In this document: positions 59,867-64,000 of the stretch, piece by piece
Layout: every line of letters starts with the position of its first letter
Position numbering within the stretch: the first letter of the stretch is position 1
DNA from: Akkermansiaceae bacterium
GTDB taxonomy: Bacteria > Verrucomicrobiota > Verrucomicrobiia > Verrucomicrobiales > Akkermansiaceae
Length of the DNA stretch: 64,000 nt
Assembly: GCA_025362955.1 (NCBI GenBank)
Contig: JANYFB010000273.1
Location: 8,455-72,454, forward strand
Direction: 5' to 3'
The notes under the pieces: generated by a model
Databases searched by the model: none
What the model was told of the DNA's origin: nothing
The model's input: only the letters and a program-made list of their open reading frames with translations
Translations under genes and position numbers: made by a program

Positions 59867-61155
59867 GCGACCACGATTTACTCGTTCACGGCACTTTCGC
59901 CAATGGCACGCGCGGCTACCTCGCCATCGACGAGGGCCGGATCACCGCGACAGGATCTTACATTTCCGCCACCGCGAATGAGGAAATCGACTTCGGCGAA
60001 AATCTCATCCTCCCCGGTTGGATCGACGCCCATGTTCATTTCAACGAACCAGGCCGCGCCGATTGGGAAGGCTTTACAACCGGCTCCCGCGCCCTCGCAG
60101 CAGGTGGCGGCACGACGTTTTTCGACATGCCATTGAACTCCAGCCCGCCGGTCATCACGCGAGCCGCCTTCGAGGAAAAAAGGCGCATCGGGGAAAATTT
60201 ATCCTGCCTCGACTTCGCCCTGTGGGCGGGCCTAACACCCGACTCGCTGGACCACATGGAAGCCATGGCCGAAGCCGGAGCCATCGGTTTCAAAGCCTTC
60301 ATGTGCCCGTCCGGCCTCGACGAATTCCAATCAGCGAATCCCTCCACGCTGCGCAAGGGCATGGAAATCGCCGCCCGCCTCGGCCTCCCTGTCGCCGTCC
60401 ACGCGGAAGACCCGGAAACAATCCGCCGTCACCAAATCGCCCACCTACCGACGGCCACTGACATGCGGGCATGGTTGGATTCCCGCCCTATCGAAGCCGA
60501 GCTGTCCGCCATCCGGATTGCCATCGAACTCGCAGGCGAAACGGGCTGCGACCTCCACATTGTCCACGTCACCTGCCCGGAAGGAATCGACCTCGTCACT
60601 GAGGCGAAAGCCCGAGGCATCCGTGTCACCGTCGAAACCTGCCCGCACTATCTTCTGCTAGACGACACCGCAGCCATCGAAATCGGTCCTCCCGCGAAAT
60701 GTGCGCCGCCGCTGCGTTCCGCCCAAAAAGTCGCCGGACTCTGGCGGCAACTCATCGCGGGACATATCGACACCATCGGCTCAGACCACTCGCCCTCGCC
60801 CCCCGAATTGAAACAGGGCGACGACCTTTTCGCCATGTGGGGCGGCATCGCCGGAATCCAGCATGGCTTGCCGCTCCTCCTTAGCCACGGAATTAATCTC
60901 ACCCCACAGCTTTCCTCGAACGTTGCCAGCCGTTTCCGCCTTCCTGAAAAAGGCGCCCTAACACCTAGGCACGACGCAGACTTCATGGTTCTAGCAAAAA
61001 AGCCTTTCGAAATCACCCGCGAAAGCCTGCTCACCCGCCACCCGATTTCTCCCTACCTTGGCCTTTCCACCATCTTCACGGTTGCCGCCGCTTATCTTCG
61101 AGGCCACAAAGTAAACTCTCTCACCCGAGGAAAATTCCTATCTCCTACACGTTAA
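59863..61155 (+). CDS. allB: allantoinase (cyclic amidohydrolase)
   Basis: PGWIDAHVHFNEPGR, GFKAFM (carboxylated Lys), VHAED, HIVHVT and GSDHSP. There is a 4-bp overlap with allC. Confidence 0.85.
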   Translation: MSDHDLLVHGTFANGTRGYLAIDEGRITATGSYISATANEEIDFGENLILPGWIDAHVHFNEPGRADWEGFTTGSRALAAGGGTTFFDMPLNSSPPVITRAAFEEKRRIGENLSCLDFALWAGLTPDSLDHMEAMAEAGAIGFKAFMCPSGLDEFQSANPSTLRKGMEIAARLGLPVAVHAEDPETIRRHQIAHLPTATDMRAWLDSRPIEAELSAIRIAIELAGETGCDLHIVHVTCPEGIDLVTEAKARGIRVTVETCPHYLLLDDTAAIEIGPPAKCAPPLRSAQKVAGLWRQLIAGHIDTIGSDHSPSPPELKQGDDLFAMWGGIAGIQHGLPLLLSHGINLTPQLSSNVASRFRLPEKGALTPRHDADFMVLAKKPFEITRESLLTRHPISPYLGLSTIFTVAAAYLRGHKVNSLTRGKFLSPTR

Positions 61156-61215
61156 GAAAATTCTTCATTCCCATTTCATTCAGCGTTCAACGTTTTCTTT
61201 CGACCCACCAACCCC

Positions 61216-61953
61216 ATGACCCACTTCGGCCAAACCCGCACTGTCATTTCCCGTCGTCACGCGCTCATCGCCCCGGACAGTCACGTTCCTTCCGCCTTTC
61301 CCGGTTGGGAAAATGCGACCGCCTTCGTAATCCTTTCCCCCGCCATCGGGGCGAACCTAACACAGATGCTGGTGTCCTTCGGTCCTGTCGAAGGTAGGGC
61401 CGCTTTCCCATCCGACATCCACGAACACGCGATTTACGTGGAGGCCGGTGAATGCCGCGTGGAACTCACGGAAAAATCGCTCCAACTTCTAACGACCGGC
61501 TTCATCTTCATCCCTAACGACACTCCATTCACCCTCCACGGTAACGCCACTACCCGTCTTACCATTTTCCGCAAGGTGTTTGAAATGGACCCGGATCTCA
61601 AAGCGCCACCCATGATCCATGGCCAAGCCTCCGACATTCCAAGCGAACCCTTTCTCGGCAATCCTCGCGCACTCCTCCAGACACTTTTACCCATCGACCC
61701 TCGCTACGATCTGGCGATGAACATCTTCACCTATCAGCCCGGTGCCACGCTGCCCTTCGTCGAGACCCACATCATGGAGCACGGCCTGCTGATGCTCTCC
61801 GGGCAAGGGCTCTACCGGTTAGAGGAAAGTTATTACCCCGTCGCCGCCGGAGATGCGATCTGGATGGCTCCTTACTGTCCGCAATGGTTTGTCGCCGTGG
61901 GTGACGAACCCGCCAGCTATCTCTATTACAAAGATGTCCACCGCCTGCCCTAA
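61216..61953 (+). CDS. (S)-ureidoglycine aminohydrolase-like bicupin
   Basis: 245 aa. The two-cupin layout, the motif HIMEHGLLMLSGQGLYRL, and the position after allB/allC all fit UGlyAH (AllE/YlbA type). Confidence 0.7.
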   Translation: MTHFGQTRTVISRRHALIAPDSHVPSAFPGWENATAFVILSPAIGANLTQMLVSFGPVEGRAAFPSDIHEHAIYVEAGECRVELTEKSLQLLTTGFIFIPNDTPFTLHGNATTRLTIFRKVFEMDPDLKAPPMIHGQASDIPSEPFLGNPRALLQTLLPIDPRYDLAMNIFTYQPGATLPFVETHIMEHGLLMLSGQGLYRLEESYYPVAAGDAIWMAPYCPQWFVAVGDEPASYLYYKDVHRLP

Positions 61954-64000
61954 CATCATTATCATCAACGGCACGGCGGTTGACGTTTCGGAGGTGCCCA
62001 TCCATACCAGCATTCTGGATTTCCTCCGGGGCGGCGAAGGCACCGGATCGAAGGTCGGCTGCAACGAAGGCGACTGCGGAGCCTGCACTCTTCTGCTAGT
62101 GGAAAAGGCAGGCCCGCCCCGCGCAATCAACGGTTGCCTGGCCCTCGTCGCCTCCCTCGTCGATCGGGAAATCATCACCGCCGAGGGTCTTTCCCAAAAA
62201 AACGGAACCCTCCATCCCGTTCAAAAAGCGATGGTCGAATGCAACGGCTCCCAATGCGGCTACTGCACTCCAGGTTTTATCTGCTCCATGGCCGAGGCCC
62301 ACCAGCGTCAACTCACCGACCCCGCCCTCATCGCCGATCAACTGTGCGGAAACCTCTGCCGCTGCACCGGTTACCGCCCGATCCGCGAGGCGATGGTCCA
62401 ATCCCTAACCGAAACCGCCCCCGTGATACAGGCATTCCTGCCTGTTCTTCCCTCCCCTCCCCCTTCCTCCCCTAACTGGCACCGCCCCGCTACCGTCCAG
62501 GAAGCTCTCACTCTGCGCGCAAAATATCCAAACTCCCCCTTCATCGCCGGAGCCACCGAACTTGCGGTGCTCATCAACAAACGCCACATCCGCTACCCGT
62601 CCTTCATCGCCCTCGATGGCATCGACTCTCTCCAACAGATCGTAAAATCCGACACCCACTGGAAAATCGGTGCCGCCGCCCCGCTTACCGATATCGAAGA
62701 AACCCTCGCCAGCGAATACCCCGCGATCAATCAAATGATGCGCCTTTTCGCCTCGCGCCAGATCCGCCACCGCGCCACTCTGGGCGGAAATCTCGTCACC
62801 GCCTCGCCCATCGCCGACGCTCCGCCCGTCTTGTTAGCTCTCGACGCAGCGGTGGTGCTCGCCTCGCTGACAGGCACGCGCACAGTTCCGCTCGCGGAGT
62901 TCTTCACCGCCTACCGCCAGACCGTCATGGTCGCCGGCGAGATCATGACCTCCATCCTTCTCCCACGAAATTTGGCAGGTCGCTGCGAATTTTTCAAAGT
63001 CTCCAAACGCCGGGAAATGGACATTTCAACCGTCTCCGCCGCGTTCCGCATCGTCACCGACGCCGCAGGCCTCGTCACCCAAGCCCGCCTCGCCTACGGC
63101 GGAGTCGCCGCCACTCCCGCCCGCGCCCTCAAGACCGAATCGGCCCTCATCGGCAAACGGCTCGAAGCCACCCCGGAAATCCTCGATCTGCTAGACTCCG
63201 AATTCACTCCCCTCACCGACCTTCGCGGCACCGCCACCTACCGAAAATCCCTCATCCGCGACCTCTTCCGCAAGTTCGTCTTATCCCCCTCTTCCTCTCA
63301 AATCAGCAATCCACAATCATCAATCTCCAATCAGCAATTCTCCCTCCCCCACGAGTCCGCCATCCACCACGTCACCGGCCAAGCCCTTTACGTCCACGAC
63401 ACTGCCCTCCGCCGCGATGCTCTAACGGTCTGGCTCGTCCGCTCCACCCAAGCCCACGCCACCATCACCCGCCTCGATATTTCAAAAGCCACGACCGCTT
63501 CCGGCGTCCGCATCGTTCTAACCGCCGCCGACATCCCCGGCCTCAACAACACCGGCCCCGCCCGCCATGACGAACCGCTTTTCGCCACCGACCTCATCCA
63601 GTTCCACGGCCAACTCATCGCCGCCGTCATCGGCGAATCCCTTGAAGCCTGCCGCCTCGCAGCGTCTCTGATAGAAATCGACTACTCGCCGCTCCCACCC
63701 ATCCTCGGAATTCAAAACGCCATCGCCGCCGAGTCCTTCCATACCGCCCCCCACTTCCTCGTCCGGGGCGAAGCCCAATCCGCTCTGCTAGAATCCCCTA
63801 ACATTCTCGAAGGTGAATTCCACATCGGCGGCCAGGACCATTTCTATCTGGAAACCCAAGCCGCCTGGGCCGAACCCGACGGCGAGGGCGGCGTCCACGT
63901 CAGCAGCTCCACCCAACACCCGTCTGAGGTCCAAACCATCGTTGCCGAGATTCTCGGTCTTCACAGACACCGCGTGGTCGTCGAAGCCCCCCGAATGGGC
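61934..64000 (+). CDS. xanthine dehydrogenase, single-chain fusion of 2Fe-2S, FAD and molybdopterin-binding parts (3' end outside window)
   Basis: Hand translation from ATG 61934. 2Fe-2S motifs: CNEGDCGACT, CGYCTPGF, CGNLCRCTGY. FAD domain: FIAGATELAV, GGNLVTASPIAD. The reading frame continues without a stop through a linker SPSSSQISNPQSSISNQQ into an XdhB-like N-terminus (HESAIHHVTGQALYVHD, GGQDHFYLETQ). Not in the ORF track because it has no stop in the window. Confidence 0.85.
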   Translation, partial: MSTACPNIIIINGTAVDVSEVPIHTSILDFLRGGEGTGSKVGCNEGDCGACTLLLVEKAGPPRAINGCLALVASLVDREIITAEGLSQKNGTLHPVQKAMVECNGSQCGYCTPGFICSMAEAHQRQLTDPALIADQLCGNLCRCTGYRPIREAMVQSLTETAPVIQAFLPVLPSPPPSSPNWHRPATVQEALTLRAKYPNSPFIAGATELAVLINKRHIRYPSFIALDGIDSLQQIVKSDTHWKIGAAAPLTDIEETLASEYPAINQMMRLFASRQIRHRATLGGNLVTASPIADAPPVLLALDAAVVLASLTGTRTVPLAEFFTAYRQTVMVAGEIMTSILLPRNLAGRCEFFKVSKRREMDISTVSAAFRIVTDAAGLVTQARLAYGGVAATPARALKTESALIGKRLEATPEILDLLDSEFTPLTDLRGTATYRKSLIRDLFRKFVLSPSSSQISNPQSSISNQQFSLPHESAIHHVTGQALYVHDTALRRDALTVWLVRSTQAHATITRLDISKATTASGVRIVLTAADIPGLNNTGPARHDEPLFATDLIQFHGQLIAAVIGESLEACRLAASLIEIDYSPLPPILGIQNAIAAESFHTAPHFLVRGEAQSALLESPNILEGEFHIGGQDHFYLETQAAWAEPDGEGGVHVSSSTQHPSEVQTIVAEILGLHRHRVVVEAPRMG

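Overview
Gene-dense 64-kb chromosomal segment with about 50 CDS and one RNase P RNA. Spot counts of single 60-nt lines give about 60% GC in most genes and 45-50% in some. I saw no rRNA, tRNA, CRISPR array, transposase or integrase. Two large genes are missing from the ORF track only because they run off the window edges: a monomeric isocitrate dehydrogenase (minus strand, 1-2030) and a fused xanthine dehydrogenase (plus strand, 61934-64000). Housekeeping content: gltA, pheA, scpB, rpmG-rpsR, ptsH, rnpB, nrnA, truB, rpsN, sucCD, trpD. Accessory content: an octaheme cytochrome c fused to HEAT/TPR repeats, an AlgE-like porin with modAB, Tat-exported sugar oxidoreductase/isomerase genes, GH77 and GH35 enzymes, an ECF sigma/anti-sigma(vWA) pair, a pseudopilin, and a purine-catabolism cluster (uraH-allC-allB-ureidoglycine aminohydrolase-xdh). 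The pseudopilin, Tat-signal Gfo/Idh/MocA enzyme, sulfotransferase, giant TPR protein and Bat-type genes suggest a PVC-type (Verrucomicrobiota/Planctomycetota-like) genome; this is inference only. The most unusual element is a tightly packed 16.7-kb minus-strand operon (32453 to 15730). A 2951-aa secreted TPR/solenoid protein, about 2000 aa of which I cannot assign, heads a membrane coiled-coil protein, MoxR, DUF58, BatA-N/vWA and a vWA/GATase-like protein. Other points worth a second look: apparent enrichment of the pentamer GTTAG/CTAAC inside coding regions, a Cys-depleted DksA/TraR protein with a histone-H1-like tail next to Cys-less L33/S18, and two repeat-bearing oversized intergenic regions (2031-2719 and 3983-4515).
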